This document shows positions 1 through 9,725 of a stretch of 64,000 bases of DNA, in pieces. The translations under genes were made by a program, and so were the position numbers. The notes under the pieces were generated by a model. It saw nothing but the letters and a program-made list of their open reading frames with translations. It made no database searches and had not been told where the DNA came from. The first letter of the stretch is position 1, and every line of letters starts with the position of its first letter. Source of the DNA: Burkholderiales bacterium (GTDB lineage Bacteria; Pseudomonadota; Gammaproteobacteria; Burkholderiales; JAEUOS01); assembly GCA_046160545.1 (NCBI GenBank), contig JBJXGS010000322.1:23408-87407 (forward strand), written 5' to 3'.

Positions 1-543
1 GGCGTGCGGCCGGCGAACTACGTGCCGGGTGAGGGGCGCATCATTGCCAGCAATTATCTGGACCTGGCGATGATCATGGACTATTGGGGTGACGGCGCGC
101 TCAATCACCATACAGAAGCGACCAGCATGCTCTACGCGGCGCGCGAATGTGCGCGCATCTTTGTCCTTGAGGGGGCAGCCGAGATCCACCGGAGGCACGC
201 GGCGGCATCGCGCGCGATGGTCGCGGGGTTGAGCGCGATGGGACTCACGGTCTTCGGCGATGTGGCGCACAAGATGCCCAACGTGACCGGGGTTGCGATT
301 CCCGCCGGTGTCGCCGGCGACAAGGTACGCAACGCGCTGCTGGATGACTTCAATATCGAGATCGGCACGTCTTTCGGCCAGCTGCACGGCAAGATCTGGC
401 GCATCGGCGCGATGGGCTACAACGCGCGCTGCGATGCGGTGCTTCTGACCTTGGCCGCCCTGGAGACGGTGCTGGCGGCTGAAGGCCACCGCTTCACCCG
501 AGGGGCAGGCGTCGATGCGGCATACGCTGCCTACAAGACGTAA
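1..543 (+). CDS. class-V aminotransferase (serine/alanine--glyoxylate aminotransferase family), C-terminal part; 5' end lies outside the window
   Basis: Frame is open from the window edge. The translation (HHTEATSMLYAARE ... WRIGAMGYNA) resembles the C-terminal domain of AGXT/SgaA-type PLP enzymes. Confidence 0.6.
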   Translation, partial: GVRPANYVPGEGRIIASNYLDLAMIMDYWGDGALNHHTEATSMLYAARECARIFVLEGAAEIHRRHAAASRAMVAGLSAMGLTVFGDVAHKMPNVTGVAIPAGVAGDKVRNALLDDFNIEIGTSFGQLHGKIWRIGAMGYNARCDAVLLTLAALETVLAAEGHRFTRGAGVDAAYAAYKT

Positions 544-558
544 GCCTTGCTCGACACT

Positions 559-1281
559 TCAGGCCAAGAATAGAAAGACACTTGGGCGGCGGTCCAAAGT
601 AGGGGGGCGCAGCGTGCGCCAGGCAGCGACCTTGCGCATGGCGATCCATTGACTCGGCAAGCTGAGGTCGCATGCGACCGCCAGGCGCGTGTCGCGACCG
701 AGACTGGCCACAAGAGCAGCGAAGAGGGCTTCATTGCGGAATGGCGTCTCGATGACAATCTGCGTTTCGGCATGCCGTCGCGAACGTGTCTCGAGATCAG
801 CGATGGCGCGCTCACGCAGTCCGGACTTGACCGGCAGATAGCCGGCGAAAGCGAAACGCTGGCCCTCCAGGCCGCTGGCCATCAGGGCCAGCAGCAGCGC
901 CGACGGCCCCACCAGCGGGGCGACCGTACAGTCGGCCTCGTGCGCCAGGCGCACCAGAAGGGCGCCGGGGTCCGCCACTGCCGGGCATCCAGCCTCGGCG
1001 ATGAGACCTACATCGACGCCCGAGCGCAGGGTGTCGACGATTGGGACTAGAACTCCAGCGTCCGGCGCGTGGCCGATTTCATGCATAGTCAGCTCGGAGA
1101 TTGGCAGCGGGACTCCCGCCGCCTTGAGAAAGGCGCGCGCCGACTTGGCATTCTCGACTGCGAACACGCGAAGCTGCCCCAGCCTTTCGCGGACCGCAGG
1201 AGGCAGGCTTGCGCCGATTTCAGCGGCACGCCCCTTCGGGTCTCCCAGCGTCGCGGGGACCAGCCAGAGAGTGCCGCTCAC
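559..1281 (-). CDS. SAM-dependent methyltransferase, tetrapyrrole-methylase / RsmI-like fold
   Basis: 240-aa ORF. Its GTG start overlaps the maf stop (GTGA). N-terminal LWLVPATLGD and AEAGCPAVADPG resemble the RsmI-family DAGTPxISDPG motif. Confidence 0.65.
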   Translation of the reverse strand: MSGTLWLVPATLGDPKGRAAEIGASLPPAVRERLGQLRVFAVENAKSARAFLKAAGVPLPISELTMHEIGHAPDAGVLVPIVDTLRSGVDVGLIAEAGCPAVADPGALLVRLAHEADCTVAPLVGPSALLLALMASGLEGQRFAFAGYLPVKSGLRERAIADLETRSRRHAETQIVIETPFRNEALFAALVASLGRDTRLAVACDLSLPSQWIAMRKVAAWRTLRPPTLDRRPSVFLFLA

Positions 1282-1859
1282 GGCCGGGCAAGCGGGTCGA
1301 GCCCGGCGCGCCGCAACATGGCCGACAGCTCGATCAAGGGCAAGCCGACCAGTGCAGTCGGATCCGGACCGCTGATGCTTTTCATCAGAACCACGCCGAG
1401 CCCTTCGGAACGCGCAGACCCGGCACAGTCCCAGGGCTCGTCAATGCGCAAGTAGGCGTCGATTTCGCTCCCGCTCAGAGTGCGCAATTCGACGTCCGTG
1501 GACACGACCACGCTTTGCTCCGTGCCCGCGGAAGCGTCAACCAGCGCGAGGGCAGTGTCAAATCGAGTGGTGCGTCCGCTCATATGGAGCAATTGCGCGC
1601 GTGCCGTTTGCGCATTGCCGGGCTTGCCCAGTACCTGTCCGGCGCAATGGGCGACCTGGTCGGATCCAATGACCAGTCCGGCAGGCAAGCCAGCGGCGAC
1701 CGCACGGGCTTTGGCCAGGGCCAGGCGCAGCGCCATGGCTGCGGGCGCCTCGCCTGGCAGGGATGACTCGTCGACACCCGGCGCGCGGGTCTCGAACGCA
1801 AGTCCCAGACGGGACAGCAACTCGGCCCGATAACGCGACGTCGAAGCCAGGATCAGCAT
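1278..1859 (-). CDS. maf: Maf-like nucleoside-triphosphate pyrophosphatase (YceF type)
   Basis: Only the C-terminal 194 aa of the 388-aa track ORF are protein-like (MLILASTSRYRAELL ... GSDQVAHCAGQVLGKPGN). ATG at 1859. The upstream extension overlaps yceD and is Arg-rich. Confidence 0.85.
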   Translation of the reverse strand: MLILASTSRYRAELLSRLGLAFETRAPGVDESSLPGEAPAAMALRLALAKARAVAAGLPAGLVIGSDQVAHCAGQVLGKPGNAQTARAQLLHMSGRTTRFDTALALVDASAGTEQSVVVSTDVELRTLSGSEIDAYLRIDEPWDCAGSARSEGLGVVLMKSISGPDPTALVGLPLIELSAMLRRAGLDPLARP

Positions 1860-1896
1860 GGCTTGTACCCCGGCACCGATGGATTGAGGTAAGTTT

Positions 1897-1925
1897 TTGA
1901 CTGCAAAGGTGAATCCGGCTAGAAT
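1897..1925 (+). promoter_or_regulatory. sigma-70-type promoter for yceD-rpmF-plsX-fab
   Basis: TTGACT (1897-1902), a 17-nt spacer, then TAGAAT (1920-1925). It lies about 50 nt upstream of the yceD ATG in the maf/yceD divergent gap. Confidence 0.6.
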
Positions 1926-1973
1926 TAGGGGTTTTGTGCGACGCTTGCGACTGCCGTTACGCAGGGATGCAAC

Positions 1974-2501
1974 ATGCGTTACTGCAGCAGCGAGAGATCG
2001 ATACCTGTGGCCACCTCGGACCTTCGGACCTGGAGCATCGACACGCGCGATTTTACCGGCCGCGGGCGCGACGAAGCGCGCGTCCTGGGAGGCGAGTGTT
2101 TCGATCGGCTTGGTGACGATGCAAGTGTGGTCGGGGCAATCGAGGCGCGCCTGACGGCGGTGCGGTCCCCGCGTGGCAAAGCGGGGATACGGCTGCGCCT
2201 GACGGCGCTGCTGGAAGCGCAGTGCCAGCGTTGCATGAAGCCGGTGCGGCTGCACGTGACGCCTGAGGCGAGCATCGAATTTTCTGCCGCTGCCGACGGA
2301 TTTGCCGATGACGGATTGGACGATTGGGACATGCTGGAGCACGACGAGCGTTTCGACGTTTTGCACCTGATCGAAGATGAATTGCTGCTGGCACTGCCAG
2401 TGGCACCCAAGCATGCGCAGTGCCAGCCACAGGGCGCGACACATGCCGGTGAGAAAGTGCTGCCCTTCGCTGCGTTGGCAGGATTGAAGGCTGGCCGGTA
2501 A
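1974..2501 (+). CDS. yceD: YceD/DUF177 large-ribosomal-subunit accumulation protein
   Basis: CQRCMKPV and IEDELLLALPVAPKH motifs. Classic position immediately upstream of rpmF-plsX. Confidence 0.8.
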   Translation: MRYCSSERSIPVATSDLRTWSIDTRDFTGRGRDEARVLGGECFDRLGDDASVVGAIEARLTAVRSPRGKAGIRLRLTALLEAQCQRCMKPVRLHVTPEASIEFSAAADGFADDGLDDWDMLEHDERFDVLHLIEDELLLALPVAPKHAQCQPQGATHAGEKVLPFAALAGLKAGR

Positions 2502-2546
2502 GTACGCATCCAGGGTTATTTGGTTTTAGACAGAAGGAGTATTCAA

Positions 2547-2726
2547 ATGGCAGTCCAGCAGAACAAGAAGTCACCCTCCAAGCGTGGCATGCATCGTGCC
2601 CATGATTTCCTTACCGCTCCTCCGCTGGCGGTGGAACCTACGACCGGCGAAGTGCACCTGCGCCATCACGTGAGCCCCAACGGGTTTTATCGCGGCAAGA
2701 AAGTCGTCAAGACCAAGGAAGCCTGA
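2547..2726 (+). CDS. rpmF: 50S ribosomal protein L32
   Basis: [20 protein letters not shown] is a canonical L32 N-terminus. AAGGAG sits 8 nt upstream of the ATG at 2547 (the track ORF starts earlier). Confidence 0.95.
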   Translation: MAVQQNKKSPSKRGMHRAHDFLTAPPLAVEPTTGEVHLRHHVSPNGFYRGKKVVKTKEA

Positions 2727-2805
2727 CGCGAAGCGCGCCGATGCGTCCGGAAAGGGTGGGGCAGGCGCGCCGCAGTTCCTGGGCGGCTGATACGGGACAC
2801 GCGGC

Positions 2806-3849
2806 ATGAGCATCGTCATCGCGATCGACGCGATGGGCGGCGACCATGGCGCTGCGGTTACTGTGCCGGCCGCGCTCGCCTTCGTCGAACGGCACCCTGA
2901 GGCGCAAGTAGTTCTCGTCGGGGTCGCTGAAACGCTGGAGCGGGAGTTGGCCAAGCGCGGACACGCCGGCAATGATCGCTTGCGCGTCCGCGCCGCAGGC
3001 GAAGTCGTCACCATGCACGATCCGCCGGTGCAGGCGTTGCGTCGCAAACGGGATTCGTCGATGCATGTCGCACTCGGCCTGGTCAAGGATGGCGAGGCTC
3101 ATGCCGCGATCTCGGCCGGCAATACCGGCGCATGGATGGCGATTGCAAGTTTCGTCTTGCGCACCCTGCCTGGTATTGATCGTCCTGCGATCTGCGCGCC
3201 ACTGCCTAACCTCAGAGGAGGGTCGACCTACATGCTCGACCTGGGTGCGAACGTCGACTGCAAGGCGGCCCACCTGTACCAGTTCGCGCTGATGGGGTCG
3301 GCCCTGGTGGCCGCGATCGAGCACGCAGCCGATCCGGTGGTGGGCCTGCTCAACATCGGCGAAGAGGAAATCAAGGGCAACGACACCGTCAAGGAAGCCG
3401 CCGACTTGCTGCGTGCCGCCAACGATCGCGGCGAAATCCGCTTTCATGGCAACGTCGAAGGCAACGACATATTCAAGGGCACGGTCGATGTCGTGGTCTG
3501 TGACGGCTTTGTCGGCAATGTCGCACTCAAGACCTCGGAGGGCCTGGCGCAAATGCTCGGGCGGGCCTTGAAGAGCGAGTTCGAACGCACTTGGCTCACC
3601 AAACTGGGGGCACTGTTCGCTTTGCCTGCCATCAACGCCTTCCGGCGTCGCTATGACCACAGACGCTACAACGGCGCCTGCCTCTTGGGCTTGAACGGCC
3701 TGGTGGTCAAGAGCCACGGTTCATGCGACGTCTATTCGTTCGGCCAGGCGCTCGATCGTGCCTTCGAGGCGGTCAAATCCGACGTCACCGCTGGCATCGC
3801 AGCGCGCATCGCACGTCACGCTGAAACGCCTGCGACGCGGGCCGCCTGA
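2806..3849 (+). CDS. plsX: phosphate acyltransferase PlsX
   Basis: [10 protein letters not shown] motif, appropriate length, and rpmF-plsX-fabH synteny. Confidence 0.95.
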   Translation: MSIVIAIDAMGGDHGAAVTVPAALAFVERHPEAQVVLVGVAETLERELAKRGHAGNDRLRVRAAGEVVTMHDPPVQALRRKRDSSMHVALGLVKDGEAHAAISAGNTGAWMAIASFVLRTLPGIDRPAICAPLPNLRGGSTYMLDLGANVDCKAAHLYQFALMGSALVAAIEHAADPVVGLLNIGEEEIKGNDTVKEAADLLRAANDRGEIRFHGNVEGNDIFKGTVDVVVCDGFVGNVALKTSEGLAQMLGRALKSEFERTWLTKLGALFALPAINAFRRRYDHRRYNGACLLGLNGLVVKSHGSCDVYSFGQALDRAFEAVKSDVTAGIAARIARHAETPATRAA

Positions 3850-3857
3850 CGTTTCGT

Positions 3858-4820
3858 ATGGCCTTCACGCGCATCATCGGCACCGGCAGTCACCTTCCCG
3901 GGCCCGCGGTCGGCAACGATGCGTTGGCCGCGCGCGGAATCGATACAACTGACGCATGGATCCGCGAACGCACCGGCATAGTCGCGCGACACCTGGCGCA
4001 GTCGCACGAGGCCGCAAGCGACCTGGCGCTGCCGGCGGCGCGGGCAGCCCTGGCGGCCGCGCACTGCGTAGCAACGGATATTGATCTGCTGATCGTCGCA
4101 ACATCGACCCCGGACTATGTGTTCCCGAGCACAGCCTGCCTGCTGCAGGCGCGCTTGGGAATCAATGACTGCGCCGCCTTCGATGTACAGGCGGTGTGCA
4201 GCGGTTTTGTCTACGCGCTCGCGGTTGCCGATGCGATGATCGCCAGCGGTCGGCATCGCCGCGCACTGGTGGTCGGCGCAGAGGTCTTTTCGCGCATTCT
4301 CGACTGGCAGGACCGTGCAACCTGCGTGCTCTTCGGTGACGGCGCCGGCGCGGTCGTGCTCGAGGGTGGTGAGCGACCCGGCATCCTGGCGAGTGCCTTG
4401 CACGCAGACGGGCGCCATGCCGGAATCCTCAACGTACCCGGCAACGTCTGTAGCGGCGGCGTGACCGGCGACCCCTTGTTGCGCATGGACGGCCAGGCAG
4501 TGTTCAAGTTCGCAGTGCGCGTGCTCGATGAAGTCGCGCGCGAAGTGCTTGGCAAGGCAGGCCTGCTGCCGGCCGATGTAACTTGGCTGATTCCCCACCA
4601 GGCCAACTTGCGTATCCTGAATGCGACCGCGAAAAAGCTTGGCGTTGCCGCCGAGCGCTTGGTTGTCAGCGTTGATCGCCACGGCAATACCTCTGCCGCC
4701 TCGATCCCACTGGCAATGGACGAAGCGGTCCGTGACGGACGCATCCGGGCCGGCGACCGAGTCCTGCTGGCCGGGGTCGGGGGAGGCTTTACCTGGGGCG
4801 CCATTCTCCTGGAGATGTGA
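3858..4820 (+). CDS. fabH: 3-oxoacyl-ACP synthase III
   Basis: Catalytic Cys ([10 protein letters not shown]), His (HQANLRI) and Asn (GNTSAASIP) contexts are present. Confidence 0.95.
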   Translation: MAFTRIIGTGSHLPGPAVGNDALAARGIDTTDAWIRERTGIVARHLAQSHEAASDLALPAARAALAAAHCVATDIDLLIVATSTPDYVFPSTACLLQARLGINDCAAFDVQAVCSGFVYALAVADAMIASGRHRRALVVGAEVFSRILDWQDRATCVLFGDGAGAVVLEGGERPGILASALHADGRHAGILNVPGNVCSGGVTGDPLLRMDGQAVFKFAVRVLDEVAREVLGKAGLLPADVTWLIPHQANLRILNATAKKLGVAAERLVVSVDRHGNTSAASIPLAMDEAVRDGRIRAGDRVLLAGVGGGFTWGAILLEM

Positions 4821-5749
4821 TGAAACTAGCGATGGTGTTTCCCGGTCAGGGATCGCAAAAGCAGGGCATGATGAATGGCTTTGCGCACGTGGAAGTCGTG
4901 CGCGAGGTGTTTCGCACCGCCTCCGCTAGCTTGGGACAGGATTTGTGGGCCTTGATCGAAAGCGGATCACCCGAGGATTTGAACGCCACCGTCAATACCC
5001 AGCCGGTCATGCTCACCGCGGCCTTCGCGGCCTATCGCGCGTGGGTCGCCGCAGGTGGACCTGAACCTGTTCTCATGGCTGGCCATTCACTGGGTGAGTA
5101 CACGGCCCTGGCGGCAGCGGGCGCACTTGCATTCGGCGATGCCGTGCCGTTGGTGCGCTTTCGCGCCCAGGCAATGCAGGAGGCTGTGCCTATCGGGGTC
5201 GGCGCGATGGCCGTCGTGATGGGTCTGGCAGCCGGGGAAGTGGTAGCGGCCTGCGTGGAAGCCGCGCAGGGCGAGGTTGTCGAAGCAGTCAATTTCAACG
5301 AACCGACCCAGACCGTCATCGCTGGAGCCCGTGCCGCTGTCGATCGCGCCTGTGCGGCCGCCAAGGCGCGCGGCGCCAAGCGTGCGCTGCCGTTGCCGGT
5401 CTCGGCGCCTTTTCATTCTTCGCTCCTGGCACCTGCCGCGCTGCGCCTGGCGGATCGGCTCAAGGAAGTTGCCATCGCTGCGCCGCGGGTTCCGGTGATC
5501 CACAATGTGGATGTGGCCACGCACGACACCGCAGAGGAAATCCGCACCGCGCTTGCGGCACAGGCAGCACGCCCGGTGCGCTGGGTGGAGACTGTGGAAA
5601 AAATGGTTGCACTTGGCATCACCCATGTCGCCGAAGTGGGGCCGGGGCGGGTGCTGGCTGGGCTGGTTAAGCGCATTGCGCCCGACCTCACGGTACTTTC
5701 GGTGAGCGACAGCGATTCGCTTTCGGTCACTCTCGGGAGCCTTTCATGA
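4820..5749 (+). CDS. fabD: malonyl-CoA:ACP transacylase
   Basis: GQGSQ and GHSLGEY motifs. ATG at 4820 overlaps the fabH stop by 1 nt. An alternative GTG start lies at 4817. Confidence 0.95.
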   Translation: MKLAMVFPGQGSQKQGMMNGFAHVEVVREVFRTASASLGQDLWALIESGSPEDLNATVNTQPVMLTAAFAAYRAWVAAGGPEPVLMAGHSLGEYTALAAAGALAFGDAVPLVRFRAQAMQEAVPIGVGAMAVVMGLAAGEVVAACVEAAQGEVVEAVNFNEPTQTVIAGARAAVDRACAAAKARGAKRALPLPVSAPFHSSLLAPAALRLADRLKEVAIAAPRVPVIHNVDVATHDTAEEIRTALAAQAARPVRWVETVEKMVALGITHVAEVGPGRVLAGLVKRIAPDLTVLSVSDSDSLSVTLGSLS

Positions 5750-6489
5750 GCCTCGCTGGACAAGTCGCCCTGGTGACCGGTGCCTCGCGCGGCATCGGGC
5801 GCGCGGTCGCGCTGGCGCTGTCCCGTGCCGGCGCCGTCGTAGTCGGCACGGCGACTGGCGAAGCCGGCGCCGCAGCCATCGCCGAAGCGCTCGCATCGGC
5901 TGCTCATGCGGGAGCGGGCCGCGTCCTCGATGTGGGCAAGCGCGAATCAATTGCCGCGTTCGTCGAAGCGGTCAAGCGCGACTTCGGACCGGTTTCGATA
6001 CTGGTGAACAACGCCGGCATCACGCGCGATACCCTGGCGATGCGCATGCAGGACGAAGACTGGGAAGCTGTCCTGGGAGTCAACCTGGGAGGCGTATTCG
6101 CCCTTTCTCGCGCAGTGCTGCGCGACATGATGAAGGCCAGGCAAGGGCGCATCATCAACATCACTTCGGTGGTTGGCCATTCCGGCAACCCCGGCCAGAT
6201 CAACTACGCCGCCGCCAAGGCCGGCGTGGCCGGGATGTCGCGCGCGCTGGCACGCGAGATTGGCAGCCGCAACATCACGGTCAATTGCGTTGCGCCCGGA
6301 TTCATCGATACCGACATGACCCGCGCGCTTTCAGAAGCCCAGACTGCGGCCCTGCTGGCGCAGATTCCCCTTGGACGCCTGGGCGCGGTCGAGGACGTGG
6401 CCGCTGCGGTGACCTACCTCGCCGGGCCCGGTGCGGCCTACGTAACCGGCACGACCTTGCACGTCAACGGCGGCATGTACATGGCTTGA
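5746..6489 (+). CDS. fabG: 3-oxoacyl-ACP reductase
   Basis: TGASRGIG cofactor motif and YAAAKAG active-site motif. ATGA overlap with fabD. Confidence 0.95.
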   Translation: MSLAGQVALVTGASRGIGRAVALALSRAGAVVVGTATGEAGAAAIAEALASAAHAGAGRVLDVGKRESIAAFVEAVKRDFGPVSILVNNAGITRDTLAMRMQDEDWEAVLGVNLGGVFALSRAVLRDMMKARQGRIINITSVVGHSGNPGQINYAAAKAGVAGMSRALAREIGSRNITVNCVAPGFIDTDMTRALSEAQTAALLAQIPLGRLGAVEDVAAAVTYLAGPGAAYVTGTTLHVNGGMYMA

Positions 6490-6580
6490 GCAAGCATGGG
6501 CGCGGCGTGGTCGAGGCTGAAACTGCTAAAATCCGCGCCGCTTTTCATATCCACGCATTTCCTCTAGGAGTAGCATCACA

Positions 6581-6820
6581 ATGGACAACATCGAGCAACG
6601 GGTGAAGAAGATCGTCGCCGAGCAACTCGGCGTCAACGAGGCCGAGATCAAGAACGAATCATCGTTCGTCGACGACCTCGGCGCGGACTCGCTCGATACC
6701 GTCGAATTGGTCATGGCGCTCGAAGACGAGTTCGAGACCGAGATCCCCGACGAGGAAGCCGAGAAGATCACGACCGTGCAACAGGCGATCGACTATGTGA
6801 CCTCGCACAAGAAGGCCTGA
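6581..6820 (+). CDS. acpP: acyl carrier protein
   Basis: 79 aa with the [12 protein letters not shown] phosphopantetheine attachment motif. TAGGAG RBS. Confidence 0.97.
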   Translation: MDNIEQRVKKIVAEQLGVNEAEIKNESSFVDDLGADSLDTVELVMALEDEFETEIPDEEAEKITTVQQAIDYVTSHKKA

Positions 6821-6853
6821 GCGCACCCGCAGCTCCTGCAAGGAAAGCTACGC

Positions 6854-8110
6854 ATGGCATTCGCCAGGGAGAAGCGCCGGGTGGTTGTCACCGGGCTGGG
6901 CATTGTCAGTCCGATCGGCAACGCGGTCGCCGAGGCCTGGGACAATCTGATCGCCGGCAAGTCCGGAATCGGGCGCATCACGCGCTTTGATCCGGAAGAC
7001 GAAAAGCTCAGCATCGCCTGCCATATCGCCGGCGAGGTCAAGGGCTTTGCGATTGAAGACTACATGCCTGCCAAGGAAGCGCGGCACATGGATGTCTTTA
7101 TCCACTATGGCATCGCCGCCGGGATTCAGGCGTTTCGCGACAGTGGCCTTGTCGTTTCGGAAGCCAACAGCGAGCGCCTGGGCGTCAACGTTGGCTCCGG
7201 CATCGGTGGTCTACCCATGATCGAGAACACGCACTCGACCATGCTGGAACGGGGTGCGCGCCGGATTTCGCCGTTCTTTATACCGGCGACGATCATCAAC
7301 CTGATCTCCGGCCACCTTTCGATCATGCTGGGGCTCAAAGGTCCGAACCTGGCTTGTGTCAGCGCCTGCGCGACCGGCAACCACTGCATCGGCGAATCGG
7401 CGCGACTGATCGAGTACGGAGACTGCGACGTGATGATCGCCGGCGGGGCCGAATCGACCATCACGCAACTGGCCATTGGCGGATTCGCTGCAGCGCGCGC
7501 GCTTTCGCTACGCAATGATGACCCGCAAACCGCCAGTCGTCCATGGGACCGCGACCGTGACGGCTTCGTCCTGGGCGAGGGCGCCGGAGTGCTGGTGCTC
7601 GAGGAGTACGAGCACGCGCGTGCGCGCGGCGCAAAGATCTATTGCGAGCTGGCCGGCTACGGCCTGACCGGGGACGCGCACCATATCACTGCGCCGGACC
7701 AGAGCGGACCGCGCCGTTCGATGAGGAATGCGCTGGCCAACGCTGGTATTGCCGCCGACATGGTCGATTACATCAACGCCCATGGAACGTCCACCCCGCT
7801 GGGTGACAAGAATGAAACCGAGGCTGTCAAAGCGGCGTTCGGGGACCAGGCGAGAAAACTGGTCGTCAACTCGACCAAATCCATGACCGGGCACCTTCTG
7901 GGCGCGGCCGGCGGAATCGAATCGGTGTTCAGCGCGCTGGCGATGTACCACCAGATTTCGCCGCCGACCATCAATATCTTCAACCAGGACCCCGAGTGCG
8001 ACCTGGACTACTGCGCCAATACTGCGCGTGACATGCGCATTCGCGCCGCGGTCTCGAATTCGTTCGGATTCGGCGGGACCAACAGCACCCTGGTCTTCAC
8101 GCAGGTTTGA
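6854..8110 (+). CDS. fabF: 3-oxoacyl-ACP synthase II
   Basis: SACATGNHCIG (Cys), HGTSTPLGD and KSMTGHLLGAAG motifs. Confidence 0.95.
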   Translation: MAFAREKRRVVVTGLGIVSPIGNAVAEAWDNLIAGKSGIGRITRFDPEDEKLSIACHIAGEVKGFAIEDYMPAKEARHMDVFIHYGIAAGIQAFRDSGLVVSEANSERLGVNVGSGIGGLPMIENTHSTMLERGARRISPFFIPATIINLISGHLSIMLGLKGPNLACVSACATGNHCIGESARLIEYGDCDVMIAGGAESTITQLAIGGFAAARALSLRNDDPQTASRPWDRDRDGFVLGEGAGVLVLEEYEHARARGAKIYCELAGYGLTGDAHHITAPDQSGPRRSMRNALANAGIAADMVDYINAHGTSTPLGDKNETEAVKAAFGDQARKLVVNSTKSMTGHLLGAAGGIESVFSALAMYHQISPPTINIFNQDPECDLDYCANTARDMRIRAAVSNSFGFGGTNSTLVFTQV

Positions 8111-8126
8111 TTTGGCCGCGCCGCCG

Positions 8127-8507
8127 ATGCAGATGGCGCTACGCGCGGTACCTGCGGTACAGGGCTACGCGCTTGCCATCGCAGGCGTTGCCTGTGCTCT
8201 GGCGCTCGGCATCGTCGTATGGCTGGCCATGAGCTTGCATCCGGTCTGGAGTGCGCTGGCCTTGCTGCCGATCACATCCCTGTGGCGCCAGGCGGCGCTT
8301 GCAGGTGCGCGAGACACGCCGCCCGGTCTCGCGCCTGATGGCACGGAGCATGGCCGGATCACCGGTGGATTCGTGATCGCCGGTATGGCCTATGTCAAGA
8401 CCCTTGGCGCCACTGGATCGCGGTCCTGGCTGGTAAGCAGCGGCGCGGTCGGGCAAAGCGGCTGCCGAAGGCTGCGCGTTGTTTTGCGGCACCGCAGCGA
8501 AGCCTGA
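8127..8507 (+). CDS. hypothetical small membrane protein (two predicted TM helices)
   Basis: ATG at 8127, just after the fabF stop. Hydrophobic stretches GYALAIAGVACALALGIVVWLAM and VWSALALLPITSLW. Third-position GC is high in this frame. No family could be assigned. Confidence 0.4.
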   Translation: MQMALRAVPAVQGYALAIAGVACALALGIVVWLAMSLHPVWSALALLPITSLWRQAALAGARDTPPGLAPDGTEHGRITGGFVIAGMAYVKTLGATGSRSWLVSSGAVGQSGCRRLRVVLRHRSEA

Positions 8508-8555
8508 CAGTGAGCCTTACAATGCGGACTCTCCAATCGCCAAACCGGAACAAAG

Positions 8556-9155
8556 GTGTCGGAACGGGATGTCGACCAGCAACTGGTCGAGCGGGTACAG
8601 CGCGGCGACAAGAATGCCTATGGATTGCTGGTAGCCAAGTACCAGCGCAAATTGCTGCGACTGGTATCGCGCATCGTTCGCGATCCATCCGAGGTGGAGG
8701 ACGTCGTGCAAGAGGCCTTCATCAAGGCGTACCGGGCGCTGCCGAACTTTCGCGGCGAATCCGCCTTTTACACCTGGCTGTATCGAATCGGCATCAACAC
8801 CGCAAAGAACCATTTGGCCACGCTGCGGCGGCGTGCCCCTACCAGCACGATAAAAGACTTGGACGAAGCGGAAACTTTTGACGAGGCAGAGCAACTAAGG
8901 GACATCAATACCCCGGAATCGCTGTTGATGTCGCGCCAGGTGGCCGATACGGTAAACGCTGCAATGGAGCGCCTGCCCGAGGAATTGAGGATGGCGATCA
9001 CCTTGCGGGAAGTCGAGGCAATGAGTTACGAAGAGATTGCATCTGCCATGAATTGTCCGATCGGCACCGTGCGGTCGCGGATATTCAGGGCGCGTGAGGC
9101 GATAGCCGCCGAATTGCGCCCGCTCCTCGGTACCAACAAGGATACGCGCTGGTAG
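8556..9155 (+). CDS. rpoE: ECF sigma factor sigma-E (RpoE/AlgU)
   Basis: GTG start. Strong resemblance to RpoE regions 2 and 4 (VQEAFIKAYRAL ... MSYEEIASAMNCPIGTVRSRIFRAREAI). Followed by rseA/rseB/degP. Confidence 0.93.
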   Translation: MSERDVDQQLVERVQRGDKNAYGLLVAKYQRKLLRLVSRIVRDPSEVEDVVQEAFIKAYRALPNFRGESAFYTWLYRIGINTAKNHLATLRRRAPTSTIKDLDEAETFDEAEQLRDINTPESLLMSRQVADTVNAAMERLPEELRMAITLREVEAMSYEEIASAMNCPIGTVRSRIFRAREAIAAELRPLLGTNKDTRW

Positions 9156-9170
9156 CAGGGCGTTTAGGAG

Positions 9171-9710
9171 ATGAGATTGGCTGACGACTCGCAAAGATTG
9201 CAGCTCTCCGCGTTCATGGACGGGGAGGGTGCCCCTGAGGCATGCTCGATCCTGGTCGGGGCATGCGCGAAGGATGCACGCCTGAATGCGGATTGGGAGA
9301 CCTACCATTGCATCGGCGATGTATTGCGAAGTGCGGACATGGGGTGCCACTCCGAAGTGCTGACCGCGCGGGTCATGGAGAGCCTCGCCGGCGAACCCAG
9401 CCTCATGGCACCCACCGCGCTGTCGTCCGCGCAGGTGAGCCATCAATCCCCCGACGTGCGCGCACGGCCGCGCTGGCTGTCGGTCGCAGCTGCAGCCGCC
9501 GCGGTCGCGGTCATCGGTGGCGTGGTGTACCCGCAGTGGAGTTCACGACTCGAGCAGGTGGCGGTCACATCGCCCAAGCCTGCGACGGCCCCGGCCGCGG
9601 CGGCGCTGCCACGCAACCCGGAGGCACCGGTACGAGTCTCCGGCGAGTACCTGGCCGCGCATCGGCAGTATTCGGCGGGCATGGTCGTGCCGGCCGCAGA
9701 GTCACGCTAG
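9171..9710 (+). CDS. rseA: anti-sigma-E factor (RseA/MucA-like)
   Basis: N-terminal LSAFMDGE ... W..YHCIGDVLR motif typical of the RseA N-domain. Central hydrophobic segment WLSVAAAAAAVAVIGGVV. Position directly after rpoE. Confidence 0.75.
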   Translation: MRLADDSQRLQLSAFMDGEGAPEACSILVGACAKDARLNADWETYHCIGDVLRSADMGCHSEVLTARVMESLAGEPSLMAPTALSSAQVSHQSPDVRARPRWLSVAAAAAAVAVIGGVVYPQWSSRLEQVAVTSPKPATAPAAAALPRNPEAPVRVSGEYLAAHRQYSAGMVVPAAESR

Positions 9711-9725
9711 GCTGGCGGTAGCGAA

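Noticed and set aside
1860-2444. N-terminal extension of the 388-aa ORF containing maf
   Set aside because: It overlaps yceD and the divergent promoter region and is Arg/His/Gln-rich. Maf homology begins at the ATG at 1859.
8400-8555. Search for a sigma-E-type autoregulatory promoter (GAACTT-N16-TCnnA) upstream of rpoE
   Set aside because: I found no acceptable match by eye. The best candidate (GAGCCTT ... TCCAA) has the wrong spacing.
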